Shown piece by piece: positions 39,996 to 48,823 of a stretch of 64,000 bases of DNA. Source of the stretch: Desulfosudaceae bacterium (lineage in GTDB: Bacteria; Desulfobacterota; Desulfobacteria; Desulfobacterales; Desulfosudaceae); contig CAXXDV010000003.1 of the NCBI GenBank assembly GCA_963674745.2, positions 1,088,001 to 1,152,000 on the forward strand, given 5' to 3'. Positions within the stretch are counted from its first letter, which is position 1, and every line of letters starts with the position of its first letter. A program made the translations under genes and the position numbers. The notes under the pieces were generated by a model. The model was not told the origin of the DNA. It worked only from the letters and a program-made list of their open reading frames with translations, and made no database searches.

Positions 39996-41546
39996 ATGGA
40001 CAATAAGTCGACGCCATTACGAATATTTATCAGTTCAGTACAAAAAGAGCTTGAACCCGAGCGGCTGGCTCTATTTTCGTTGTTGACTACCGATCCGGCG
40101 TTAAAGGATCACGTGGAGCCCGTCCTCTTTGAAATACTTCCTCCGCCACCCCGTCCAATGAAAAAGCCATATCTGAAGGCACTCAAGACCTGCCAGGCCT
40201 ATGTACTAATGATTGATCGGGAGTACGCCCCGGAGGGCACTGCCAAGTCACCCACACATGAAGAGTATGAGCTTGCCTGCTTGATGGGCATCCCGGCCCT
40301 GGCCATGATCAAGGGGAGACACGACACCGGCAGAGATCTTCGAACACAAGCGTTCTTTAAAACAATCCGGAAAGACGGTTTCACCTACAAACGGTTCATC
40401 GACCGGATCGACCTGAAAAAAGAAGTAGCAAAATGGCTGATCCAAGTGCTGAAAGATGAGTTCGGCATTGAGCCGCAACCAGGCCAGGAAGAAAGCAGTG
40501 AAGATACCATCGAAGCCGCATCCGCCTTTGAAACCATGCAGCAGGATGGCCTTTCATTAAGCGATCTGGATTTACCGGCTGCACGGCAATTGTATGCGGA
40601 ATTGACAGGCCAATCCGCTAAATCAGCAACCATGACGAAAATGTCCTCTGTCTTTCGGGTGCGCGGTTTGCTCTGGCGTAACGGCGACACCGGTGCTCTG
40701 CAACCCACCGCTGCAGGCGTCGTGTTTCTCGGCCAAAACCCCTGGCTGGCATATGCCCAATGCCAGGTGCTGGCGGATGCCTATTGGGATACGAAAGTGA
40801 CCTCAAAACCAAAGTCCCAGGCGAAGTTCACCGGCCCCATTGCATTCATAATCGAGGAACTCCTCGATTTCGTCCACAGCAACACGGCGCACCCGACCCG
40901 GGTTGTGGGAATAAACAATATTGAGCTTGACGAGTATCCGCGCCTTGCCGTGCGCGAGGCACTGGTCAATGCCTTCGCACACCGTAATTATGAGGATACC
41001 TCACGCAAAATCCGGCTTGAGATTTTTCGGGATCGTCTGGTTGTATCCAGCCCCGGCTATCCCCCCAGGCCGCTTACACTGGCCAAGCTCAGACGAGGCA
41101 AGTACGAATCGTGCAGACGAAATCCGGTAATTGCCGAATGCCTTGCCTCTCTGGATATGATGGAACAGCGAGGAACCGGGTTTGAAAGAATCCGTGCCGC
41201 CATGCAGGACCACGGATTGAGCGCGCACAAACTGGAACAGCGCGATGGTTATTTTAAGGTCATTCTGCCCGGACCGGACGGGGACTTTGACCGGCTCCGG
41301 ACGCCAGCCGATGCCCGGGGCCTGATCTCGCTGTCCATAGAGTCCCGGCTGAACGAACGGCAGAAACAAATCATGGTGCAGGTGCAGACCGAAGGCAGCG
41401 TGACGAGCGGGTGGTGCAAAAAGGTGTTCGGCGTGGCATATCAGACCGTGTATCGGGACTTGAAGGGGTTGCTGGAGGCAGGACTTGTTGAGCAGACGGG
41501 TTCGGGACGAAGCACGCGGTACATCATTAAATTAGCCGATGATTAA
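39996..41546 (+). CDS. DUF4062 + RecG-C-terminal-like ATP-binding domain + wHTH protein
   Basis: RIFISSVQKELEPER, SPTHEEY (DUF4062); AVREALVNAFAHRNY, SSPG, RNPVIA, EQRGTG; C-terminal TVYRDLKGL...GSGRSTRY. Confidence 0.85.
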   Translation: MDNKSTPLRIFISSVQKELEPERLALFSLLTTDPALKDHVEPVLFEILPPPPRPMKKPYLKALKTCQAYVLMIDREYAPEGTAKSPTHEEYELACLMGIPALAMIKGRHDTGRDLRTQAFFKTIRKDGFTYKRFIDRIDLKKEVAKWLIQVLKDEFGIEPQPGQEESSEDTIEAASAFETMQQDGLSLSDLDLPAARQLYAELTGQSAKSATMTKMSSVFRVRGLLWRNGDTGALQPTAAGVVFLGQNPWLAYAQCQVLADAYWDTKVTSKPKSQAKFTGPIAFIIEELLDFVHSNTAHPTRVVGINNIELDEYPRLAVREALVNAFAHRNYEDTSRKIRLEIFRDRLVVSSPGYPPRPLTLAKLRRGKYESCRRNPVIAECLASLDMMEQRGTGFERIRAAMQDHGLSAHKLEQRDGYFKVILPGPDGDFDRLRTPADARGLISLSIESRLNERQKQIMVQVQTEGSVTSGWCKKVFGVAYQTVYRDLKGLLEAGLVEQTGSGRSTRYIIKLADD

Positions 41547-41627
41547 TCTATCACTAATCTATCACCAAAACGCGAAAATCTATCACATCCAAATCGGGGG
41601 ACAGTATCTGTCCCCCGATTTGGAACC

Positions 41628-42030
41628 GATGACCTTATCCGCAACTGGTTGCGTATTCGCAATACGCTGGAATTTCTCGGGATACGGGAGCATCTGAACA
41701 ACCCCGTGTTTAAACCCGTCGAATTCGACGGGTTTAGAATCCAGGCCGGATTAAACAGCTTTACGCTCACACCCAAACAGTGGATAGAAAAAACCGGGGC
41801 CATAGGGATTGTTTCCTAAGCCGGACGCTATGGTGGAACGTATGCCCATAAGGATATTGCCTTTGAATTTGCGTCCTGGGTATCGGTGGAGTTCAAGCTA
41901 TATCTGATAAAGGAATCCCAGCGTCTTAAGGAATACGAGCGGAAAACGCTGGGCTGGGACATCCGCCGCAATCTTGCAAAAATCAATTATCGTATCCACA
42001 CTGACGCCATTCAACAACATCTCATTCCGC
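41628..42030 (+). pseudogene. KilA-N domain gene remnant with frameshift
   Basis: IRNWLRIRNTLEFLG...GIVS-stop, then +1 frame PGRYGGTYAHKDIAFEFASW...LAKINYRIHTDAIQQHLIP; no start codon. Confidence 0.85.
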
Positions 42031-42178
42031 AAACCCATGGGCGTTTCGGAATATGAACTGGTCCGGTCCCTGCCCGATGAATTGAAATCCGCTCTGCCGA
42101 CAATTGAGCAGATCGAAGCTGAATTTGACCAGAGCGGGGATAGCATTTGATCTGGTTAATCGCGGCTCAATAAACCCG
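42031..42178 (+). pseudogene. DUF1016 C-terminal fragment plus 3' flank
   Basis: KPMGVSEYELVRSLPDELKSALPTIEQIEAEFDQSGDSI-stop; near-identical to 47061-47208. Confidence 0.88.
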
Positions 42179-42569
42179 GGAACAACCCTGAAACCCCGAA
42201 CCTCAAACCTCAAACCTCGAACCCGTAGGGGCAACCCCCCGTGGTTGCCCGGAACCGTGCAGGCACGGCAGCCTGCCCCTACATCGTCCCTGAACGCTTC
42301 CCCCGGCCCGTAGGGGCAACCCCCCGTGGTTGCCCTTCATCAGGGCGGCCACAGGGGGCCGCCCCTACAACGCAATCCCGAACCCCAAACCCACCTTCTT
42401 CGTCACCCCGGACCCCGATCCGGTATCCAGATCTCCCGGCCACAAACACCCACCTGAACGTGTTTTAAGAAAGCCAGTCAAAATACCCCGCTCCCCTTAA
42501 CCACATAACCACTTAACCCCTTAACCACATAATCACATAACCACTTAATCACTTTAAAACCTTCATCCG

Positions 42570-43130
42570 CTATAGCGGTATGTCTTCATCATCATCCTCT
42601 TCCCGTATTTCCGCCAATGTCTCTTCCGCCTGCCGGGCCACATCCACATCATCATCCCCGGCCAGTCTTTCCAGGAATTCTTCAGGCGTGTCCGGGTTTT
42701 CCGCAAGGGCAAACCGCACAGACGGGTCCGACCGGCTGACCAGCCTTTGGCACAGCCACGATTTTTCACAGATCTCGTTTTCATCTGTAAAATCATCCAT
42801 ATTGTTTGCCACCGCGATTAAAATGGCACGGTCATCGGTGTCCATATAGGTCTCCAGATCCCGTCGCGTCATGTGCCTTCTGGCCCGCCTTGAATCCAAA
42901 ACAGCCCGCATCACCTCCGGAGAATCATTTTCAATCAGCATCCGCAGGGTCAATCGGGACAGGTGTTCCTTGTCAACCAGACAGACCAGGATTTCACTGT
43001 ATTCGGACCTGGCCAATTCATGATAAACATCACTGTATTCCGCCTTGTCTTCCAGCATAAAGGCAATTTCCTCCAGCCCCTTGTGCCCCAGCACCACTTC
43101 AACATCGTTAATAATCAATTTGGCATCCAT
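42570..43130 (-). CDS. Acidic alpha-helical repeat (HEAT/LRV-like) protein
   Basis: DPSVRFALAENPDTPEEFLERLAGDDDVDVARQA; co-oriented downstream of the AAA ATPase; RBS GGAGG. Confidence 0.7.
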   Translation of the reverse strand: MDAKLIINDVEVVLGHKGLEEIAFMLEDKAEYSDVYHELARSEYSEILVCLVDKEHLSRLTLRMLIENDSPEVMRAVLDSRRARRHMTRRDLETYMDTDDRAILIAVANNMDDFTDENEICEKSWLCQRLVSRSDPSVRFALAENPDTPEEFLERLAGDDDVDVARQAEETLAEIREEDDDEDIPL

Positions 43131-43238
43131 TTTTTACCCTCCATTTCGTAGTTATCTCGGACATTTCTCGAAATTGCTTTAATCGTAGGGGCAACCCCCT
43201 GTGGTTGCCCTTCACCGGGCAGGCACGGGGGCCTGCCC

Positions 43239-45545
43239 CTACAAAAACCGCGACATTTGCGAACGACCCCGAACCCCGAACCCGATTCTGCTCTTCCCCG
43301 CCTGCTTTTCCTTTATCCCCGCCTCCTGTTCCAAGGCCGCCACCAGCATGTCGGCCGTTACACTGCCCTTGGGGTAAAAGGCATACCGGTCACGAACGAT
43401 CTTAAAATCCCCGGGCGCAAGACATTGCAGCCGGTCAAGCACACGGGCCGTTTGTTCATCCACCCCCCCGGGCACAACAGACCCCAACATGCGCTCGTAA
43501 AACAACCGATTGCCCTCGGGTGTCAAAAAATCAAAGCCGATCTTGTGGTTAAACCGTCGGATCGCGGCCGGGTCCACGCCGGTCAGCCGGTTGGTGGTGG
43601 CAATCAACATCCCGTTGAAGCGTTCCATGGCCGTCAGCAGCTCTGCGGTGTGGCTGACTTCCCATGACCGGCTCGCCGCCGCCCGGGGAAAGAGCAGGGC
43701 GTCAACCTCGTCCAGCACCAGCACCGCCCCTTCATGGGCCGCCCGTTCAAAGGCTTCCCGGATATACCGCTCGGTCATGCCCACATACGGGTCCAGCAGG
43801 TCGCTTAACCGCCTTACCAGCAGTTCCCGGCTCAAGTGCCGGGCCAGAAACCGGGCAAACTCGCTTTTGCCCGTGCCGGGCGGACCATGAAGCAGCAGGT
43901 TGAACCCGTAACGGCTCTGTTCGTAACCGGACACCTTCTGTAAATACTGGTCAAACTGCTCCGCCTGAAACAGCACTTCATCAATGTCGGCCGAAATATT
44001 TAACCCCTCCAGTGAATAACAGGCCTCCAGCCGATCCACCGCGGTCTTTTTCTCCCCGTCATTGATCAACGCCTGGTGGGCTTCCACGCTCCGCTGCACC
44101 GCCTTTAGCATGTCTGTGCGGTTCATTTGCCCGGTTTCCCTGGCCTTTTTCACGGCCAAATCGATCACCCCGGCATTGGTCTGAAACGCCTGGGCCAGCA
44201 TCCGCAGGTCATCCTGCCTGAAAAACCGCTTGCAGCGATGCCGGCGTACGATATTCTCCCACAACCGTTCCCGCTGCTGCCGGTTAAAGGGCTTGAAATG
44301 AATGCTGAAGGCAATCCGCCGCAAAACAGAGTCCTCAATACCCCCCATGTGGTTGACGATCCAGATGATGCGCAGCCCGGGCCGCTCCATCAGGTTGTTC
44401 AGCCAGCCCTTGTCCTGGGTCTCCCCCCTTCGCCACCAGGCATTCTCCGTATTCAGCACATTGTCGGCCTCGTCCATAATGAACACAGCCCCCTTGTCCC
44501 GGTTCATGCTGCTGACACAGGCATTCAAGATCAGCCGCCGCTGCTTGCTTTCATTGTCCTCAGAATTGTGCTGGACAATTTCATAAACCGGGTCGTCCAG
44601 GTACCCGGCCAGCCCCCTGGCAAAACTGGTTTTGCCAGTGCCCGGCGGACCGTATAACAGGATATGGGTGGCCGAAGCCGTTTTCTGCCCGAGCAGACTC
44701 AGCACATGGGCCACATCCCCGACAGGAATAAAATAGTCTTCCAGGTCCGGACCGGATGCCCCCTTTACCCGCTTCAGGTTTTTTTCTTCCAAGATGTTGG
44801 TATTGCCTTTTTCCAGAAAACCTTTCATCTCATCGCTTAGTTGAAACCCATTACTGCCAAAACGACTGAAACCGGATTCAACCAAACCGGCCGGGAGCAA
44901 GGTCTTCGTTAAGGCCGCGTTGATATCGCTCCGGGTGACAGCCATAATCGTGGCCAAATGACCCAGCCCCTGAAAGCAAAGGGTCTTTAAATGATTGTCA
45001 AAAAATTCTTCAGGCCCGGAAAAGACATCAACCACAAAACAGAACAGGCACAACTCGGTTTCCAGGTCGCTTAAGCTGAAGATTTTCTGAAGATGCAAGA
45101 TGCTTTTTTCAAGGTTGGACACTTTGCCTGCGGCCAGATCACGCCCGGTCTGCCGGATAACCGCCGTCACAAATTCGACAAAATCCCCGGCTATCCACCG
45201 GTTCCCCGCCCGGTTTAAAATCCTGAATATCTCCCTGCCATAACCCGAGATGTTTCCCTGCTCGCACCGCAGCTCATCCATGTCTTCCTGCCGGGTTTCC
45301 ACCGGAACCCGCGAAACCACAAATTCCCCGATTTCAAGCATGCGGTCCCCGGCAACCCAGCAGACAAACTCCACAGCCTCCTGGCTTATCGACAACCGCC
45401 TTTCCATCAGCCGCAATAAATAGTCACAGCACTTTTTCACCACAAACTGCGCGTTTTCATCCCGGGCTTCATGCGGCGAAAACTCGATTGAAAAGCAACC
45501 CTCTTTTTTCATCAATTTCTTCCGTCTCCTCTGAAAACCATTCAT
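43239..45545 (-). CDS. Double-AAA ATPase
   Basis: Two Walker A motifs (GPPGTGKT, GPPGTGKS), Walker B MDEAD and LDEVD, AAIRRF, RIGF near the C-terminus. The stop codon is supplied by the GTAG end of a REP. Confidence 0.9.
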   Translation of the reverse strand: MNGFQRRRKKLMKKEGCFSIEFSPHEARDENAQFVVKKCCDYLLRLMERRLSISQEAVEFVCWVAGDRMLEIGEFVVSRVPVETRQEDMDELRCEQGNISGYGREIFRILNRAGNRWIAGDFVEFVTAVIRQTGRDLAAGKVSNLEKSILHLQKIFSLSDLETELCLFCFVVDVFSGPEEFFDNHLKTLCFQGLGHLATIMAVTRSDINAALTKTLLPAGLVESGFSRFGSNGFQLSDEMKGFLEKGNTNILEEKNLKRVKGASGPDLEDYFIPVGDVAHVLSLLGQKTASATHILLYGPPGTGKTSFARGLAGYLDDPVYEIVQHNSEDNESKQRRLILNACVSSMNRDKGAVFIMDEADNVLNTENAWWRRGETQDKGWLNNLMERPGLRIIWIVNHMGGIEDSVLRRIAFSIHFKPFNRQQRERLWENIVRRHRCKRFFRQDDLRMLAQAFQTNAGVIDLAVKKARETGQMNRTDMLKAVQRSVEAHQALINDGEKKTAVDRLEACYSLEGLNISADIDEVLFQAEQFDQYLQKVSGYEQSRYGFNLLLHGPPGTGKSEFARFLARHLSRELLVRRLSDLLDPYVGMTERYIREAFERAAHEGAVLVLDEVDALLFPRAAASRSWEVSHTAELLTAMERFNGMLIATTNRLTGVDPAAIRRFNHKIGFDFLTPEGNRLFYERMLGSVVPGGVDEQTARVLDRLQCLAPGDFKIVRDRYAFYPKGSVTADMLVAALEQEAGIKEKQAGKSRIGFGVRGRSQMSRFL

Positions 45546-46133
45546 TTTTTTCCTCCCCGTTATGCCGAAGAATTTTCAAGGCAAAAAAACTATCAGCCTG
45601 ATTGTTTGATCTGGGAAGATAATAAAGGAAGGTCGTTCCATAATACGGAACGAAAATTCATTTTGAGGAAAAGCACGTCACCACTCAATTTTCTAACACA
45701 GCCATCCCGGCCAGCTTTGTCCCGAACTCGACCCGGTAATCCGGCATCCAAAAAAAATGTCATATTCCTCGTCATCCTGGCCTTTGCCCCCGTCATGCCG
45801 GACCCCGATCCGGCATCCAGCTCTACCGGCCACAAACGCACACCTGAACAATCTTCAAGAAGGCAGAACTCACGGTAAAACCCCGTTGGGGCAACCCCCC
45901 GTAGTTGCCCTTCACCTGGACAGGCACAGGGCCGCCCCTACACATTTGCGAACGGCACCCGAACCACCTGACCACTTTTAAAATCACCACTAATATGGTA
46001 TAGAAAACAACAGCCTGCCTAAAGGGCAGGGGTTTTGTTATAAATGACCAGGTTGGCGACACAACGCCCACACCGGTCGCCGAATCCAAACGGCAGGAAG
46101 CCGTAAACAAAAAAAACATGGAGGTTTTGGGTT

Positions 46134-47180
46134 ATGGCAAAAGAGATAATCACAACCAAAGAATACCGCGACTGGCTGACCGATATAAAACGGCGCGTCC
46201 GGAGTGCTCAACTGAAAGCGGCCACGGCGGTCAATACAGCTTTGCTGGAATTTTACTGGAGTTTGGGCGCGGATATCGCGGAAAAGCAGAAAAACGCCAC
46301 CTGGGGCAGCGGTTTTCTCAAGCAGCTCAGCAAAGACCTGATGGCAGAATTTCCTGATATGAAAGGGTTTTCCTACAGAAATCTGCGGGCGATCAAACAA
46401 TGGTATCTCTTTTATTCCCAGGATAATACAAAATGGCAACAAGCTGTTGCCATTTTGGCCCGGATCCCATGGGGGCACAATCTGGCGATTATCTCCAAAT
46501 GCAGCACCGTAGAACAAGCCCTGTTTTATGTCCAAAAAACCGTCGAGTCCAACTGGTCGCGCAGTGTGCTGATCCATCAAATCGAAAGTGATTTGTTTGC
46601 CCGCAGCGGCAAAGCAATCACCAATTTTGACCAAACATTACCTGCCCCGCAGTCTGACCTTGCCCGGGAGATTATCAAAGACCCGTACAATTTCGATTTC
46701 CTGACACTCACCGAAGATTACACCGAGCGGGAACTGGAAAAGGGCCTCATTGACCATGTCACCAGGTTTCTGTTGGAGCTTGGCGCGGGTTTTGCCTATG
46801 TGGGAAAACAGGTTCCTCTGCAGGTGGGCGAACGGGAGTTTTTTCTGGATTTGCTGTTCTACCATACCCGGCTGCATTGTTATGCCGTTATTGAGCTGAA
46901 GGTCTCGGAGTTTGAGCCGGAGCATGCGGGTAAACTCAATTTCTACATTAAGGCCGTTGACGAGCAACTGCGTCAAGACGGCGACAATCCGACTATCGGC
47001 ATTCTGCTTTGCAAGGGCAAAGACAAGGTTGTGGCTGAATATGCCCTGAGCGATATCCACAAACCCATGGGCGTTTCGGAATATGAACTGGTACGGTCCC
47101 TGCCCAATGAATTGAAGTCCGCTCTGCCTACAATTGAGCAGATTGAAGCTGAATTTGAGCAGAGCGGGGATAGCATTTGA
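46134..47180 (+). CDS. DUF1016/YhcG PD-(D/E)XK nuclease domain protein
   Basis: YWSLG, WGSGFLKQLSKDL, GFSYRNL, IPWGH, KDPYNFDFL, FLLELGAGF, DLLFYH, IELK, IGILLC. Confidence 0.93.
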   Translation: MAKEIITTKEYRDWLTDIKRRVRSAQLKAATAVNTALLEFYWSLGADIAEKQKNATWGSGFLKQLSKDLMAEFPDMKGFSYRNLRAIKQWYLFYSQDNTKWQQAVAILARIPWGHNLAIISKCSTVEQALFYVQKTVESNWSRSVLIHQIESDLFARSGKAITNFDQTLPAPQSDLAREIIKDPYNFDFLTLTEDYTERELEKGLIDHVTRFLLELGAGFAYVGKQVPLQVGEREFFLDLLFYHTRLHCYAVIELKVSEFEPEHAGKLNFYIKAVDEQLRQDGDNPTIGILLCKGKDKVVAEYALSDIHKPMGVSEYELVRSLPNELKSALPTIEQIEAEFEQSGDSI

Positions 47181-47404
47181 TCTGGTTAATCGCGGTTCAA
47201 TAAACCCGCGAACAGCCTCGAACCCGAACCCGGAATAAGACTGGCCCCATTCCCCGTCATGCCGGACCCCGATCCGGTATCCAGATCTGCCGGCCACAAA
47301 CGCACACCTGCACATGTTTTTAGAAAACCAGCCGAATTTCCCCGCCCCCTTAACCACTTAATCACCTAAACACATAATCACATCTTAAAAAAAATCCCCC
47401 AAAC

Positions 47405-47457
47405 TGTGACCTAATCTGTCACACCGGTGTGGTAAAAAAAAACATACTGGATATAAT
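47405..47457 (+). promoter_or_regulatory. TGTGAC-N7-GTCACA operator and promoter of the ADP-ribosylglycohydrolase gene
   Basis: tgtgac ctaatct gtcaca at 47405-47423; TGTCAC-N10-TAAAAA; an additional TATAAT at 47452. Confidence 0.6.
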
Positions 47458-47511
47458 GCGTTTGTATTAAATAAAATCTGTGGCAAGCTTTTAGTAAGGG
47501 GATAAAAGACA

Positions 47512-48447
47512 ATGGAGGGCAGGGCAATGATCTCAAAAGAAGAGCGCTTTCAGGGATGCCTCCTGGGCCTGGCCGCCGGAGACGCCGTGGGAACAACGGT
47601 CGAATTCAAACCGCCGGGTTCTTTTACCCCGGTCACGGACATGGTCGGCGGCGGACCATTCCGCCTCAAAAAAGGTGAATGGACGGATGATACCTCCATG
47701 GCCTTGTGCCTTGCGGAAAGCCTTCTGACCTGCGGCGGATTTGACGCCCGGGACCAGATGGAACGCTATGTTCGCTGGTGGCAGGAAGGCCACCTCAGCA
47801 GCAATGGTCGCTGCTTTGATATCGGCAACACGGTCTCGGGCGCCCTGTCGCGGTTTCTTAATACCGGGGAGCCCATCGCCGGATCAACGGACGCACGTTC
47901 AGCCGGCAACGGCAGCATCATGCGCCTGGCGCCTGTTCCACTCTACTTTGCATCAGACCCGATATTAGCGATTACCATGAGCGAAGAAAGTTCAAAAACC
48001 ACCCATGGCACCAGAACATGCCTTGATGCCTGCCGGTATTTCGGCGGCCTGATTGTCGGCGCCGTTCACGGCGCAGGCAAAGATGAACTGCTTTCCCGAC
48101 GTTATACACCCGTCCCGGGAACCTGGGACGATCACCCCCTGTGCCCGGAAATCGATACCGTGGCCTGTGGATCGTTCAAACACAAAAGCCCACCCGAAAT
48201 TGTCGGCAGCGGGTATGTCGTACAATCTCTCGAGGCGGCCCTGTGGGCCTTCTACCACACCACCAACTTTAAAGAAGGTTGCCTGCTGGCCGTCAACCTG
48301 GGTAATGATGCCGATACCACCGCAGCCGTTTACGGCCAGCTCGCCGGTGCCTTTTACGGCCTCCCGGGTATTCCGGATACATGGCAAAACAGCCTTGCCC
48401 TTAAAGACCTGATCGCAGGTTTTGCTTCAACCCTCTGCAAAAAATAG
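47512..48447 (+). CDS. ADP-ribosylglycohydrolase (ARH/DraG family)
   Basis: [40 protein letters not shown]; true start may be ATG 47527. Confidence 0.93.
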   Translation: MEGRAMISKEERFQGCLLGLAAGDAVGTTVEFKPPGSFTPVTDMVGGGPFRLKKGEWTDDTSMALCLAESLLTCGGFDARDQMERYVRWWQEGHLSSNGRCFDIGNTVSGALSRFLNTGEPIAGSTDARSAGNGSIMRLAPVPLYFASDPILAITMSEESSKTTHGTRTCLDACRYFGGLIVGAVHGAGKDELLSRRYTPVPGTWDDHPLCPEIDTVACGSFKHKSPPEIVGSGYVVQSLEAALWAFYHTTNFKEGCLLAVNLGNDADTTAAVYGQLAGAFYGLPGIPDTWQNSLALKDLIAGFASTLCKK

Positions 48448-48463
48448 GAGTGATCAAACCATC

Positions 48464-48694
48464 ATGGCACTTTTAATCGCATGTTTCATTATTGCCCTTA
48501 TCATTTATTTTGGCGTCTATTACGAAAAAGACAAAAAAACCATGGAAGAATGGAGAAGAACCAGAATCAAAAGAAGTGATGAAGAATATTTAATATTCCC
48601 CTTTTTTGAAGAAAACAGGCGTGGACCTCAAGATGACATACCCGACCATTCAGGAGACCCCAACGATTGCCATGAAGATTATTTTGATCAGTAA
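48464..48694 (+). CDS. Small single-TM protein with acidic tail
   Basis: RBS AGGAG; MALLIACFIIALIIYFGV hydrophobic N-terminus. Confidence 0.5.
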   Translation: MALLIACFIIALIIYFGVYYEKDKKTMEEWRRTRIKRSDEEYLIFPFFEENRRGPQDDIPDHSGDPNDCHEDYFDQ

Positions 48695-48823
48695 TGCAAA
48701 TTTCATTACCCGAAACCCTTTTGCAAACTCAACACGAATATGATATAGAAAATTACGAAATCGCTAATAATCCACGGAGGGAGCGAGCCAATGACAGTTT
48801 TTTGATATTATATCAACGCGATA

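Larger units (their letters stand above)
36478..46133 (+). repeat. Repeated promoter plus structured leader of about 140-170 bp: 36478-36620, 37888-37931 (partial), 39859-39995, 45967-46133
   Basis: Shared cctgaccacttt..aa.tca.ca..aatatggta.ag...caacagcct..ctaaagg...ccg.tcgccgaatccaaacggc.ggaagccgt. Two copies end in the identical acaaaaaaaacatggaggttttgggtt-ATG. Confidence 0.88.
26672..47285. repeat. Dispersed CGTC-tagged palindromes CGTCAT(G/T)CCGGACCCCGATCCGG(C/A/T)ATCCAG
   Basis: Copies near 26672, 30174, 30590, 35664, 42401, 45791 and 47254, usually followed by a conserved gccgg(a/c)ca(t/c)aaac...cctg(a/c)ac tail. Confidence 0.85.
8980..47290. repeat. Dispersed GTAG-tagged REP doublets (REPIN/BIME-like), about 20 clusters
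   Basis: Consensus GTAGGGGCAACCCCC(C/T)GTGGTTGCCC-n-GGGCAGGCAC(A/G)GGGGCCTGCCCCTAC and variant GTAGGGGCGACCGGCGGGTCGCCC. Seen near 8980, 9129, 10313, 10396, 11896, 13618, 15471, 15554, 17757, 22174, 23327, 23413, 25641, 30412, 32080, 35400, 38996, 42224, 43185 and 45884, plus the tandem arrays listed separately. Confidence 0.93.

Noticed and set aside
45967..46133. Repeated leader as a known riboswitch (e.g. c-di-GMP, SAM)
   Set aside because: I could not find the conserved cores of those families; left as an unknown structured element pending an Rfam search.
7500..47400. Integron cassette array
   Set aside because: No integrase, no attC-type RYYYAAC...GTTRRRY sites recognised, genes face both directions and many have their own promoters.
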